Below, piece by piece: positions 34,362 to 49,100 of a stretch of 64,000 bases of DNA. Under the pieces are notes generated by a model, which was not told where the DNA came from, ran no database searches, and saw only the letters and a program-made list of their open reading frames with translations. The stretch is from Priapulus caudatus. Taxonomy: Eukaryota. Made by a program: the position numbers and the translations under genes. How positions within the stretch are numbered: position 1 is the stretch's first letter; every line of letters begins with the position of its first letter. The DNA lies in the NCBI RefSeq assembly GCF_000485595.1, contig NW_014577076.1, positions 124,001-188,000 of the forward strand. Reading direction: 5' to 3'.

Positions 34362-37300
34362 CTTGGCTTTTATGTCATCCTACCACCTGCGAATGGGGGA
34401 GAATATTATATAAATTTATTATCGCAGAATGCAATTATAATTTTCCTTAATACATTTTGACTTGAAGTGGGGAGTCCATGTATGTTAGGTATGCTATGAG
34501 TGCAGTTCAATCTCATTAAACGTCGACCTTGCATTGCATATCAAAAAGCGAGTATTAAATTTGTCACCGTCGATCATGACTATTACGTGAACATCGGAGC
34601 TCGCTAGCATTCCCATTCTTCGCGGTATTGCACAAAATGATGTAACCTAATAGAACACGCGATGGGGGGATGTGCAAGGTAACTGACCACTGCGCAAACA
34701 GCGCGAGCGTGCTTTTCAATTCGTGAAGACTGTGTGTGCTGTTTATCATTGAGCTGCCGTGACAAAGCATCTAGTCGCAGCCACCCACAGTCACTTTGAA
34801 ATCGTGAACGTTGAAGAAAAAAGTTTCTTTTACAACTGCTTCACAATTTTCGTAAGGACCTTGAACGAATCAGATCTCAGTAGAAGCGTGCATGCCTTCA
34901 GTGTCCGAGGTCGCGCGGGCAAAGTCAATTTCCATTGCCTTGTGATAAGCATCAACACTGCCCAGTACCCACTGTTGCGAATTGATGCCATTTTTGGCAC
35001 TCAGGCGCTTCGCTATCTAATATAGACCACTATCAGCGACCTCGTTAAAAGGCCAGCGTCGATTTATCGCATTAATTTGTCTTCGCGAGCGTCTATCTGT
35101 ATTAAAGATGATGCACTGAATTGAGGTCAGAGAATTAGCTCCGACGGGGCGCAGTTGCTGCCGCTTGCTTGCAATACTGCCGAATGTCAGTGGCGTAAGC
35201 ATATACCGGGCAGATCGAACCGTGGGAGATGTTGATTCATACCCGCCAGCGTTGAAACTGTCCGGAATATATATATGCTAATATCGAAGATACTGCAGTG
35301 GACCGCATGTTTCCGGCAACCTCGGTGCATCTATTCTGTAACACCTTCGCATATGCGCCTCTCTACGTTCCGCCCAGTACCAGATTGATTGCTACGCGAG
35401 TGTGGATAGAGTAACTGTTGTACATGCAGTATACGCCCACGCACGTGAAGCTGTATAGCCTAGACATATTACGGTGCGGGGAATGATGCCCCGCCAATTT
35501 TCATGATAGCCATTACGAAGCCATCCTGAATATGTTACAGGCCTCATTTACAGTTATTATCGCAAATATATTCGGCGTAACCGCGTACGACATTGGCCTC
35601 AACTAGTCAACATAATGAATGTGAGTCACCGAAACGTTCGCAAATATGCTGTTAATATTGCGTGAAGCCACGCTGTGAGCTGTCAGCATCGGGCAGGGGT
35701 TGGCCGGTGGACACTTGTAGAGCATTTGTCATTTGTACCGCACACGGGGAGCAAATCATTACTTGCGCGCGCCGAGAAAATGCCTGCGAAAACAGTCTGC
35801 AAAGAATCAGGCCACGTGATCGAGCACACAGCGCCCAGTTTCGTCTGGCCTGCTGCATGGTTTTACTCGTCTTTTAGCCTCATCCTTTCAGCGATAACTC
35901 CTGTGCTCGCTGCCTTTAGCTAAATGAAACCTATCTCTTCGGCGCAAAGTGCAATCACATGTACAAACATAAGACTTCTTCAATGGAGGCCTACTGGGAA
36001 CGAGTGACTGTGCGTACCAAGTTTCTTGGTTATTCTAGCGAGCGCGTAACGATAAACCGGATTTCTTAGTTTGTACAAACATGGCTAGAGCTGTGTTATA
36101 GCATGCATGTACAATTATGACCGGCGTCTTTATCAATATCTTTCAAGATTACTACATTTATGCTGGCGGAGAATTCTGAGAATTGAAATTGTTTTACCGA
36201 TTACGATTTTAATCCGACATTTGGAAACATATAATCATGTGCGAAAATCGTCCCCCTCCCCCACTATGCCACTACACACAGTAATCTTAATCGAAATTTC
36301 CAGCTGTGAATAATATTAATTGAACATGCTTATGTATGCAACACTGATCGATTTCGCATAGCCTGCTAGTGTTTTGTATGTAATCCATGTGGGTCATCTA
36401 TATTAATCAGCAGTGATGAAAAAAATCGCGTTAAATTTGCTTGCGTATAGTTATAACCCCGTGGTTAGATAAGTTACTGCAAGCATTCGTAATTTATGAT
36501 AATTTATTCACACCTCAAAGAGATGGCAGCCAAGCATTGTATTATTACTTGACCGTGTCGCACTCTAATTAGAATGTACGTAAATGTGTTCAATATTTAA
36601 TGTTATCAATAATCCATAATAGAAGTCATTTCTATTGTGGGCTCTTGATGTTATCGTACTACATGTGAGTGTGGCTGTCTATACCGACCGACCAGATTAA
36701 GAGCTAGAACGAAATGAAATCGACCGACCGCGATTGCACTATTTGTTTTGGCAGTGATATTACTGTCTATGATTGATAATTTTTGTTCCGCGATGTTTAT
36801 TATGCTAGCAGGATATTTTGTTTCGTTGCATCGTGGAGATGCCAGTCTATTCTCGGTTTTGTTTTACGTTAATTAATAACCAGTATACTCTGGCTCAGAC
36901 AGAGGGGAAAAATGAAATGCCACATATCACGTCAGGTAGAGACTGATTTTGATGAATGCGTTTTGTGGAAATTGAACATGTGAGTATACGTTCTGTGCCT
37001 ACACGAAACAGTGTGCAACCGAAAACAAGTTTTAGGTTACGTGCTTATTAATTTGAGTGCGAGGTTACGTTGTCGCACATAGACACGTCGCGTGATGTCC
37101 ATGTAAAACCTCAATGTTGTTAGGATGCAGCCAAACATTCAAGGCAAAGTGTCTTAGTATATGTGCTGTAGTCGCTTGCCTATTTATACTCACTGCATGA
37201 TATCTGCTATTTAGATGTGCATAATAAGCACAGTCTTCCCGGGCCCAATATCTATTTAACAAAATATCATATTTTCGGTACCTAGATGTATTTTATACAG

Positions 37301-40300
37301 TCTGGTAATTTGGGGCAACAATCTAGAGCATTCATATACTGTTATTGATAGTTTTATTATATAAATTGTGAGCGAGTGGTGTTTATCACAACGTGATATC
37401 CAAGAGATATATCGGTTAATAGCTTCGCAGCACGATATATAAAACCACCTCTCTTCCTCTCAGTTTTGTGTCAGCGTGTGCAGTTAGCATGACCTCACAT
37501 GCCCTAATCTTTTATCCCCGCATGTGTAATTGCTATATGATCACATCGGGTGATTTTTACAGCGCAAAACACAACGCCAATGTATATAGTTCCTCTGCCA
37601 ATACGTAATTCTCGCGTCGTGCGATGTGTTTCTACGCTACGAGCAGTGGGTGGATGGCGGATTAAGGCTTTCATGCACTATTGCAAAATAGTAGCGATCG
37701 GTAACACGACGAGATGGTCTTATGCATGCATCCAGTCCCACGAGTCGACCACCGCCATCATACCGAGAAATAACGAAACGAACCAGACAGGCTTTACTCA
37801 GCAGGGAGTTAGCAACGGTATAGACGACCTGTTGTCTCATGCATATGAATAGGCGAAACAGTCAGGCGTGGGCACGAGAGTCGACATGTGCTTACACTAA
37901 GGCTCGGCGAGGCGGTACCTGTGCTTGCAGGTGCTGCCACTATACGGCAGATTGCAGTTATTCTGCTGCGTAAACCACCTGCCGTAGTTATACTGCAGCG
38001 GGATGCTAAAATACGCTGGCGTTTTACTCAGGTATTAGAGGTAAAGATGTCTCACGCGTTACTGATGTAACAATAAAAAAGTCTTTCTCCGTATAAGCCG
38101 TCTTAATACCTTGAACTGTGCGGAATGACAGCATTAAAAAAGAAATTGTAAAAAAAATCATCGGCAAATGTAAAAACGGCGTTTATGTCATGCTATAATG
38201 CCAACCCCTACAATGCAACAATCCCAACGCAATCCAAAGCTATATATTGGGCCGGTGTAGCTGCCAAACACATCAGCACTGCTCGCGCGCGTTTTCATTT
38301 CGCGTAATAAGTAGTGGTATAAAGTATAAAGTCACTTTCCTACTTGTCAAGTTACCTTCAAATTTACATGTGAAGATAGTTAGAAGGTTGCATTCAAAGC
38401 CTTTCACAACACGGAATCACCTCATATTTAACTTCATATAATGCTTTAATCAGAAACTCGCGTAAATATCCGTGAACTAGTGATTCTCTGTGTTCAGACC
38501 AACCGCCCAGTAAACGTTCATACATCACGTGCCCACTCGGCTACAAACACTGAGCTGCCGTGAGCCGTAGGTTAGTATTTTTTCTCTTTTTTTTATTTCG
38601 CCTCTGCATTCACTCTCGGTGAGCTATTCTGAACAACGAGGTTAATTTTCAAACATTAAAACCTATGACGTCAACGCGCAAATTACGAAATACTGGAGGA
38701 CATGGCTGTCTAGCGGATGTTGTCAAGTTTGAACTAATGTAGCCGAAAGGAATCTCAATAATACAGATTGCTAATATAAGACCAACATTCGATTTAACAT
38801 TAGTATAAAACTGTCAACATCTATGTGTAGTTCCTACTACTAGCTCCTCTTCAATCCCTTATGTTTGCCCACCAGTTGAGCTAACTCTACCTATATGGAA
38901 CCATTCTCTCCCCGGACATATGACAGAGCATATATAGTGCTATCCACATATAGGCAGAACCTCATGCAAGGGCAGCGCTTGAAAATGTTGAAGCCTGGAT
39001 ACGTTAATAGAACGTGTTATCGATAAGTGTATACACTGCATTGCAACAGCATTAATGCATGTGAATCACTAGAGATCATGCTTGTATTTCTTTGCGAATA
39101 TGATATAACTATAATTTAGTAGTTTAAGTATAGTAAGAGGCCATCATTCTTTCATGTGCGCCAACTTCATATCTCTGAATCGACGCAAGCAAAGGGTAGC
39201 GTTAAAATGTCGCGCATCGTAATTACTAGGCCAAGCACTTGTCTAGGATTAAATTGTTAATCAGATGTAGTGCACGGTAACTAGTTGTAAATAATTCAAT
39301 GGAAACGTTTTTCGGATAAGGTGATCTCTGCACTGGTGCTTGCCGCAGGTATAGGTCGTGTTAGCGGCTTGCTTGTACGAACTCCTGCAATCTTTCATGC
39401 ACGAGTAGAGTCCAATGTGGAGTTTTATTATTTGAAATAGAAACGCACACTGCTACCCCTGCGCGTTGGCACCTGTCACTGCCTTTATTAATGACTAGAT
39501 TAACTTGATTTCTGTTTATCTGTAATGAATACTAGAACATCCAGGAGAAGTTTGCCAGTGATTGTATAGATGTTTTTTTCTCTCACGAGATTCGAGAAAT
39601 CGCTCTGCCCACGTTGTAGAAGATTCATCGATGTAACTAATAGTTGAGTACTCTCACGTGGGTGAATAGTAGCATTCCCCGGCCTCAACCCTCGACCACA
39701 TACGAGCACCAATATCATTCGCCCTCATGCTGCCGTTCTTCCCTTTAAGGAGGAATTCTTGGTATTATTGGCTGATTGAAAGGTCGGGCGCTGGTGAATC
39801 GTACAGCGCGATGCGACTGTTTCAATTAGTTAGTTGACCAGCCACCTACCTCTATATACACGTAAGATGCCACGCAGTAAAAACAGCTTCATCCCAGTCG
39901 CTTGTTTAGAAGCGTCGGCTTCAAGAAAACACACCCCGCGACGAAGAAGCAGCAACTTTCCTGACTTCAATTGGAGTTCTCTGAGTGCAGTGGTCTGTAC
40001 TTTGTTTCAGATGTAAATTCGAATCGAGTTGAACTACAGAATGGCCTAATGGAAAACGTCAGGCTATGCCGGAAAATGTTCGAAAGCAATTGGGTTTCCT
40101 AGCTCGTTTAGCATCTGACAAATTTCAGAAATTTCGTCTGTGGTATCTGTGAATTACGCTGCTCGCTCCCATTCCCTTCCCCCCACATGCAGATCGATTG
40201 TGAACATAGCAGGCTGTCGTGTGTAGAAATTTATGTTATGAAATTGGCATGTGACCAAATTGTGTCAACAGACGTGCCAGGAGCGTACACATCATTCTTA

Positions 40301-40899
40301 TGAAAATATTAGTTTTAATATTTTCTTGCGGTAACTTCGCATCTTAACTTCTCCAGCGTGTATATATTATGTATACTTAAATGTTGATGAAAACACTCGG
40401 ACAACAAGCCAAAATATAAATTGCGCTCAAATTGAAAGCCCTCGGCTATGTATGGTAGCCCTGCGTGTCATCTAATATTTAAGACCGCATATACGAATAT
40501 ATAGGGTGCTTGGTGAAACAGCACCACCATGTCGGAATGGAGGAAATGCGCATGGTAGACTGCGTGTTGCTGCGACTGTATGCGAACGTGTTCATCCAAT
40601 ACTGACCACCGACATTACTGAATCATACACGAGCATAGGCTGCTCCACATGGTGGTCAATTGATCAGGTACACTCTCAAGCCCTGTTTAGTGAGAAATTC
40701 ACCCATGGCGTTATACCGACAGCATCTCTAGGGATGTATTGAAGTACATACACGATTACAACTTCCACCGTGTCTATAGTCATCAATGCACGCGGCGCCG
40801 GCAAATATGGCGACACGCGATGTTCTGCTGACCGGCAAGCATTTCCGACGCTGTAAGAGAGCGGGCTAAGTGCCAGCGAAGATGTGGATGAGGGTGATA

Positions 40900-40959
40900 A
40901 CGATGATGATTGTGATGATGATGATTGATGATGATGATGATGTTGTTGTTGTTGTTGTT

Positions 40960-41006
<47 letters not shown>

Positions 41007-41097
41007 TGATGATGACGATGATGATGATAATGATTGTGGTGAGGAGGAGGGGGAGAAGGAGAAGGAGGAGTAGACGAACGACGACAAAGAAGAAAAT

Positions 41098-41128
<31 letters not shown>

Positions 41129-41134
41129 ATGACG

Positions 41135-41180
<46 letters not shown>

Positions 41181-41510
41181 CAGCGATGATGAAAATGATG
41201 ATTGCGATAGGCGAGGTTTTAGTTCGTATTGACCGGCACCATAAGTGGATGTTCAGCAGCGAAGCGTGCTCTTGTGAAATGTGATTTGTCGCCATTATTC
41301 GCGGACGCCGCCGGCATTGATCTCGTATGCTGGAAAAATTCATTGTCGAGCGTGTGAGGAATGACACATCGTGGTCCAGACTGAAGCCTTAGGGACGCTC
41401 CCAGCTCCACGCGGTCTCAGTAACTATGTCATTCGCTACGACGCTCAAAACCTCGTCGCAGTGACAAATTCGGATTAACCATCCCCCCGCGCGCACACAT
41501 GATGTTCGTG

Positions 41511-41587
<77 letters not shown>

Positions 41588-41680
41588 GTGCGTGTGCGCA
41601 CGTGCGTGCGTGCGTGTGTGCGTGTGGTGTGCGCGCGTAGGTGTGCGTGTGTGTTCGTGCGTGTGCGTGTGCGTGTGCAT
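40900..41680. repeat. Compound trinucleotide (GAT/GTT/AAT/GAC) and (GT)n microsatellites
   Basis: Directly visible at about 40900-41190 and 41508-41680. Confidence 0.9.
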
Positions 41681-44149
41681 GTGCTACAGTAGTAAATGGC
41701 GTGGTTTTCAAAGATCCTGATTGCATATTTAACTAACGTTCATTAATTCTGATGCGTCATTAACCCTATTAAGCCCCCTACCTCATTCACCTACGTTTTT
41801 TGAGTTTGTGTTCTGTGCAGTACATTTACAAGTATTTTCCTTCTGCCGTTGATCAGGGTGCTAGGCACCTAATGTCGGTTACAGCACGTCTATAATATCC
41901 CTTCGAGTGAACTTGTGTGAATGTGTTCCCTGTATAGTACGTGCACGATGGGTACTGGTATTACCGTACTTACGTTGTGGTATCTGTTTGAGAATTAGCT
42001 GAAGCTTTGCTAATAGTGTATGTTGCTGTGTTAGCAGAATGGCCTGTATCTCCTTTACAAGTGCAGAAACAAGTGCATGTAAAAATTACGTGTTGCAAAC
42101 GTGATTAGTCAAGCTTTGCATCATGTCTATCAATAACGTTGTATTTAGTGGCAGTCTTAGTCATCTGCGTTGTCTTGAGAGAGAAAATTCAATGAAATCT
42201 TATGGCCCAAGAGCCGATCCCAGTGGAATATAATTTATCACTGCCGGCGTCTTAGGATATATTTGCGATACGTGCAAGATACTCGTTAACTCTACCCGTG
42301 AGATTAATGGATTTTATATTTAAAGGCAGGTGTGATTCTTTCTCACCGCCATTACATGTTGACGTTCATATATGCATGGTACAATCACGTAAGAATTAAG
42401 TACTCACTTTAAGATTATTATTAGTAGCTTTTAAAACGTTATTTAAAACTATAAATATATTGCTTATATATGCCTATGATTATATAGAGGAGTGTGATTA
42501 ACAGGAAAATTCATTTTATGAAGCCAGCCCCACGCTGTCGCTTGTTGTGAGAAATGTTGGAACCTGCTGTCTTCTTAAAATCAGAAGCCATACGCGCTTT
42601 CTGATAAGTCTTTGATTGTCTACGTCAAGCCATGCTTGAGTAGGAGAGATAATGGCATGTGAATATATAAGTATTCGATAGTCGGTAGTTGCGGCCGTCT
42701 TTTGAGAGACTCAAAAGTGTGTAGATACTCAATACAGGTTAAAGTGCCGCACGCGTTGCAAAAGTAATTGCGGTTAAGAAGAAAATTGTGGCAAGTTTGT
42801 ATTGATATGTCACCCTGATCTGCATGAGAGTATATTTACTTATGTCATATAATCACTTGATACTTTATCATCTGAAGTTAACTGCGGTTGAGCACTCGCA
42901 AGCCTTTCTGTTGTCGCCATCATATCAGTATTGCATATGTAACGCGACACTTACTCAGAATTGCACTATATTCAGAAGGTAATACCGTAGCGTAATTACG
43001 TCGTACTAGTGAATGGTCTATCATTCGGCCTATATAATATAGGCCGAATGATAGAGTAGTAATTACTTTAGTAGTATAGTAGTAATTAATAGAGTAGTAG
43101 TAATTAGCAAATATGTTAATTAACTAATATAATATTAGTTAATTAACATATTTGCTAATTGCAGTCCGTACATAACCATTCAGACTATGAATCACGTTAA
43201 ATCAGGTAGGGACTCGAGGATTTCCCGTTTCAATGTTGTGTGCAGGATTCGCCGTTCATTTGGCTGTGATCCGCGCATGCCATGCACGTGACGTCATCAC
43301 GAAGATGTTTAGCGCATATTTCATAGCTGTCACCTTTTAGGCTGAAAGTCTGTTGTTAAAACATCAATGCTGTCGCCATAATTATCCCTCAGCAGAATTC
43401 ATTGATCTTGTGTGGTTAAATAGCCGGTTCATACAGTGTTTAGCCGCGCCGCTAAAGTGTACGCTAACTGCCTACTCCGCGAGCTCACACGACTGGCACT
43501 CTATCCGCAAAATGTAAAAGAAAATATTGGATGAATTCTCTTTTGTCAGCGTTTTGTAGTGGATCTCCATGCTCGGCGAATACTGTGTTTATAATGCCGG
43601 GTCTTGGGAAATGGACTGCAAAGCAGTGACACATTTGATTATCACTTCTTTTTCTTCGCCACCCTCTCCCTGCGTCTCATGCCACCTATCCGCGCGTCTC
43701 CCGTCTTCTCCCTTTTCGCAGGACGTTCACCTCTCCAGTTAACGAATTCGATCTCCAGTACACCCTTAAACGCAACTTCACACGTGCTCTCCATCGTTAT
43801 TCTATTTGTTGCCAGCTTGGTGTAAAATTTCTAACCGTCAGATGTATTGATTGGGGGAAGCAATAATTTGGGTTCATTTGATTGCTGGTGGTGGAGAGCA
43901 GTCAAGTGTGCTGCTTGCAACTCCTCACAGAATCGAGCGCTGTCTGTCTCGCGTGCGTCGCGGCAGGCCGCAGAGGGCAGCTTGCCAATCCAATATATAA
44001 TTTCCGAAGAGGTACAGTCGGTTGGGCTCCGCGCGGCGAGATGAAGCCAAGCTTGTGTTTTGCATGCGATACAGTTTTGCAATGCTTAAGCCCCCACGAG
44101 TCATTGTGATGGAATTGTTCAAACCTATTACTAGTACTAGTTGGCGTAC

Positions 44150-44337
44150 TACGACGAGGATGACGATGACGATGACGATGATGACGATGACGATGACGAT
44201 GATGACGATGACGATGACGATCACCGCCACTGTTGCTATTACTGCTGCAACTGCTGTTGCTGGTGCTACTACTACTATATACTACTATACTGCTGCTGCT
44301 ACTGCTGCTGCTGCTGCAGCTGCTGCTATACTGCTGG

Positions 44338-44374
<37 letters not shown>

Positions 44375-44510
44375 ATACTGCTGCTGCTGCTGCTGCAGCT
44401 GCTGCTACTGCTGCTGCTATTGCTGCTGCTACTACTGCTGCTGCTACTGCTGTTCCTGTTGCTGCTGCTGTCACCACCGCCACCGCAATTACCACAACTA
44501 TCACCACCAC
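44150..44510. repeat. Compound GAT/GAC and CTG/CTA trinucleotide repeats
   Basis: Directly visible. Confidence 0.9.
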
Positions 44511-44868
44511 AGCTGCGTATCAGCATCTTAGGTGGCGCTGGGAGATGATTCGATAATTCACATCGCAGTCCGCTGCGATTTTGGGGGCAATGTTTTTAGT
44601 GCTGGTTGTCAACGGCAGGCGGGCAGCAGAGTGCGTATGAGAGCATGCACCCCGACACTGCGAGAGTTTAGCCAACATCTGCAATGGCACGTGTCAACGT
44701 CAACTGCAGTATTGAAAACACTCACTTGAGAACAAACAGCGGCCACAGGCTTTTACGGGCCGATTCGAAACGCGCTGGAAGTTTCTCGTTGCGATTAGGG
44801 GTTATATATATATATATATATATATTCACCGAGTCGTGAATTTGCAAGCCACGGCCGGGGAATACGCT

Positions 44869-45095
44869 GCGCGGTGACACGGTGGTGTGACACGGTGGTG
44901 TCGGGCGCGGTGACACGGTGGTGTGACACGGTGGTGTGACACGGTGGTGTCGGGCGCGGTGACCGGTTGGTGTGGCGCGGTGACGCGGTGGTGTCTGGCG
45001 CGGTGACACGGTGGTGTCGGGCGCGGTGACACGGTGGTGTGGCGCGGTGACGCGGTGGTGTCGGGCGCGGTGACACCGTGGTGCGGGCGGTGACG
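44869..45095. repeat. GC-rich minisatellite built from GGCGCGGTGACACGGTGGTGT(C) units
   Basis: About ten imperfect tandem units of 13-23 bp. Confidence 0.85.
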
Positions 45096-46072
45096 TACAT
45101 TCGGGCGGCGGGCAAGCGTAGCAGACGTTACTTTACTTTTCTCCGGGCGGGATCTACGTGAAATAATTAGCGGCGCGTGTGTCGTGTACAGCTAGTGCCA
45201 CGCGCGAATCCTCTCTCTCTCGCTCCCCCTGACGGTGCCTAGTGCCAGACGATGGCCTGCCTTTCTGTCGGTCTTTTCATGGCGAGGGTATAGATATGTT
45301 TATTTCTTTCCAGCGAGGAAATGTAATGTCTGAAAACATTGATCCACTCTGCAGCAGAGTAGAATATTGGATGATGTCATATAGCGCTGCTAGCATTAAG
45401 GTGTTTTCGTGCAAGAATTTATAAGCCAAACAAGCTTCTGCGTGCTCGTATAGTGGAAACTTAGCGACTGCCACGGCGACAGCTGATCGGATCAGATGTG
45501 ATATTTTTGCGACTCGTTGCAACTTGCAAACTGCGAAGCTGCACGGATTTATGGGCAAAGCGGGTAGAGAATGGCACCTAACGCTGTGCGGCATCAAACC
45601 TTGGGGGGCATGTTTTATTAATTGCTTGGGTTGAATCCTGTCGTTTTAACTGCTATTTCATTGGATAGCCGTCGGAGATTCTGCATATCCTATCTTCCTC
45701 TTTTAAGACATGATTTGAGAACGTTACCATCATTAAAAATTCATGTAAAGTTTCCTGCGGCAATATTGGCTTCGAAGATTGCTAAAAAACGACGGCTTCC
45801 ACAGAACGTTGCTAGGCTAACTCGTTGCTGACTTGCGTAAAATGCGCGTGGTTTTTCCATAGATGTTCGCCGTTAAAGGAGAAAAAAAAATTGAAATTAA
45901 AATCATTTGTCGCGTTCTTAGGCTCGGACAAGGACATGCAAATGAAGTTGAAAGATAGTGGCAGCAACCTCTTTGATGCGTGGAAATTGCTTTTGCGAAA
46001 TCCATATTCTGCTATCGAAATTATATTTAATAGTTGCACGTAACTTGTTCGTCTGTGTGTGCACGTGTGTGA

Positions 46073-46111
<39 letters not shown>

Positions 46112-49100
46112 ATGTATGTGTACATCGGTGCGTCTCTGCGTGCTTGCAACCAGGCTGTATATGTATCAAGAGCTCATACTAGAGATTATCTAGAGACTCT
46201 CTATTATGAGCTCTTGATATGTATGTATATATGTGCGCACCCAGGAAAGCTTCATGCAAATAAAAAAAAGGTCTTCGTGATGTTTTCTAGTTATTGGTAA
46301 TTTCCGAGTTTCTAACAAATATGGTTACAGTTCCACTTTTCTGTTAATATAAACGTAGTTGGCGATCAATACAATCGCTCATTCTTCAACCTATGTCTTG
46401 CTTAGTGCGAGTACAGACCCCTGCGTGCTTGGTTGCAGCTGCTACTGTTGAAACTGCATGAATTCGTCTCTAAAAATCAATCTGTCAATGAAGGCGCACA
46501 ACCGAGCTTGATAAATTATTTACATCTCTGCGGTTCAATTTCGACATACGGCGCCCTTTTCAACTTCCACGTGCGCATCGCTAAATTTCGATTAAATTGT
46601 CAATGTTTTAAAGTTTCGAGAAGTGAGTGTGATCGACTGCTAAACAGGCTTTCATAAATTATTGATATTCGCATGGACACGTTGCGCTCACTCTAGCCCC
46701 GTTTAATAAATCGTCGTCTCTGTTAGAATACACTGAACCAAACATGCTAACATAAGGAGCGGGACCTGCCGAGTGAGCATCAGCACTGACATAACCATTT
46801 CTCTAATATGATTCCTTATTAATCTGTCCATCTGCGAGTAGCAACGATTAATTTTATATACAGCATAGCTTTGAATCCTCAGCATGGACTTCACGTGGCG
46901 CGCGTTCGCACTCGCAACTCTCGTCTTGCGAGAAATGATGACCGTGGTAAACGCGTAATGACGTAATGTCGCGGCGTGCACGTCTGCTGCTACTTCGGCT
47001 GGCGGCGTTTGTGGTGTATAGCAGGCCGAGTCATTCTGATTGATCTGCCCCAGACATTGCTAAAAGATAGGTCACGACCTGAAATCCCGAGTGGTCGTTA
47101 GATTCCCGCTCATGAGCAGCAGTCTCGTTGAGAGAGAATGGACATAAAGAGACTCTTCGGCCACTTGAAGCACTGTCCTTAATATACGATGTCGGGTGGG
47201 TGTGACCTTCAAGTCACTACTAGCGTAGTGACAGGGCGAATACCTTAGCAAACAAATTAGGCAGCGATAGTGGACTCATGTTAGTGACTTCGCGATCAGC
47301 TGATCCTATAGTGCGACCTGGCTTAAATTACGTTCCCGTATGACCGGTGTCTATGTATAGTGTAGGGGGGATGCATATATCTCAGAAGGGTTGAGCTACG
47401 ATGTAATGGTGCTGTGGAGGCGGCAGCAGGCAACGAAGAAACAGGTCCTATACAATATAACACCTACGCTCGGTATCTTTTCCCCGCTCCCCCTCTATCT
47501 CGCTTTATTCTCGCATTTCTCGGTCTCTTTATATCCCCCGCTCTCTGTCTCTCTCTCTCTCCCTCTCTTTTCTCCTACTCTTCCTCCTGCCTTTCTTCTA
47601 GTAAACAGTAACCCCTGCTTGCCATTCCATTAACGCTTGACACTGCTGAGCATTTTGCCTTTCCCCGCGCAGCGAATGCAAAGAATAATAACGCCGAAGT
47701 GAAATGCGGCGATGTGCGCTTTCCCTTGTCTGCCCGAAACACTGAAGAGGCGGCTAGTGTTTTTCTTGCATGACTCGTCCTCCCAGGGGAAGCAGTCGCA
47801 GGGAGAATCCACGCGCATGCAACGTATATACTGTCTGGAGGAAAATAGACGCGCGGGCTGGCTTCAGACAGTGCTGGGGAGGGAGGCAGAGGAAACGTGC
47901 ATGCTAATCAGGGCGCGCAGCAAGATCGATAACTGCGAGAAGAGCAGTGGGAGATATTTGCCATTTCTATTCGCATATATCTTTGCAAATATTTGCATAC
48001 AGGCTGTTGGACACGACTCGAGGATTTGTTTTATATTCATTGACTGTCGGTGGTTAGTAGGAATCTAAATGAGTTTGTAGGTGAAAGAGTGGGGGAATGT
48101 TGGAGTGACCGGGGTCTATATTTACTATATACCTGAGATGGTTTGTTAAAAGATATGTATGTTGATGACAGGAAAATCGGTGTTAGGTAAGAATGACCAG
48201 TGGTCATTCAGTGTTGTTGAACTGGTAGTCCGTCTGGTTCTGGATGCCTGACCGACTAGCAAATGTTATGTGTAGGTGATCCATGGGAATTTGGGATGAA
48301 AGGCCGCGCCTTATCGCATGGTGTTTCGTGACGAGTGGGTGATAGATGAGGACGGAGTGAGATAGCTATAGCTTGCTGTAGGTGTTGAAGTACTGGTTTC
48401 ACCTATGATGCAGACATTTATTCTGCGATCACCACAAGGAATAGTATCGGTGTTCGCCACAACTGTGGCGACTGCATTATAGTATGCGTAAATACTAGTG
48501 TCTATTTATGCGATTAGTGTCAAAGATATGCGCTCACGTCCGCTCGCTGCTATTCTGTGTCTACGCATCAAACGTTTCTAATGGATTACCGTTCTTCAAT
48601 TATATGCCGGTGCCCTCCTTATTCTAATTCCCCTGAGTTTTATGGCGTCGGAATCTGGTCACCATTCACTTCTCTCGAGATGAGAAGATGAAGGAATACT
48701 GCGAGAAAATTAATATCCATTAAATATATTAAAGGGTTAAAGGACACAAGTTGAAAGCGGAGCATATTATTGGAGATTACAAAGGGCCGCCGAGTACTTT
48801 AGTTTTCGAGAGGAAAAGCGGATCGACCGCTCCAATACAGCCATTCTTACTTCAGTAAATTTGATCGAAATACTATAAGATTTTACCCAGGCTTAGCTTT
48901 CCGATTTCGCAGGAACGTCTATCGATGAATTGTGGCGTTCGTCTGTAGCGAGCCGGTCGTAGTTTGCTCTCCGCAGCGCAATTTTATGGCATCGAAAATT
49001 CGATTCCGCGTATGATTTGCGGCATTCGAATTGGCTGCGATGCTATACAAATACGCCCGCGCTGGCGAAAATGCGTTAAACCTTGATTCAGTGGATTTTA

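Noticed and set aside
32542..34460. 591-aa (+) and 570-aa (-) ORFs overlapping the LRR exon
   Set aside because: Shadow frames caused by extreme GC3 bias; Arg/Ala-rich with no domain pattern.
43017..43160. Two short perfect AT-rich palindromes
   Set aside because: No TSD or family match seen in the window; too little evidence to assign a function.
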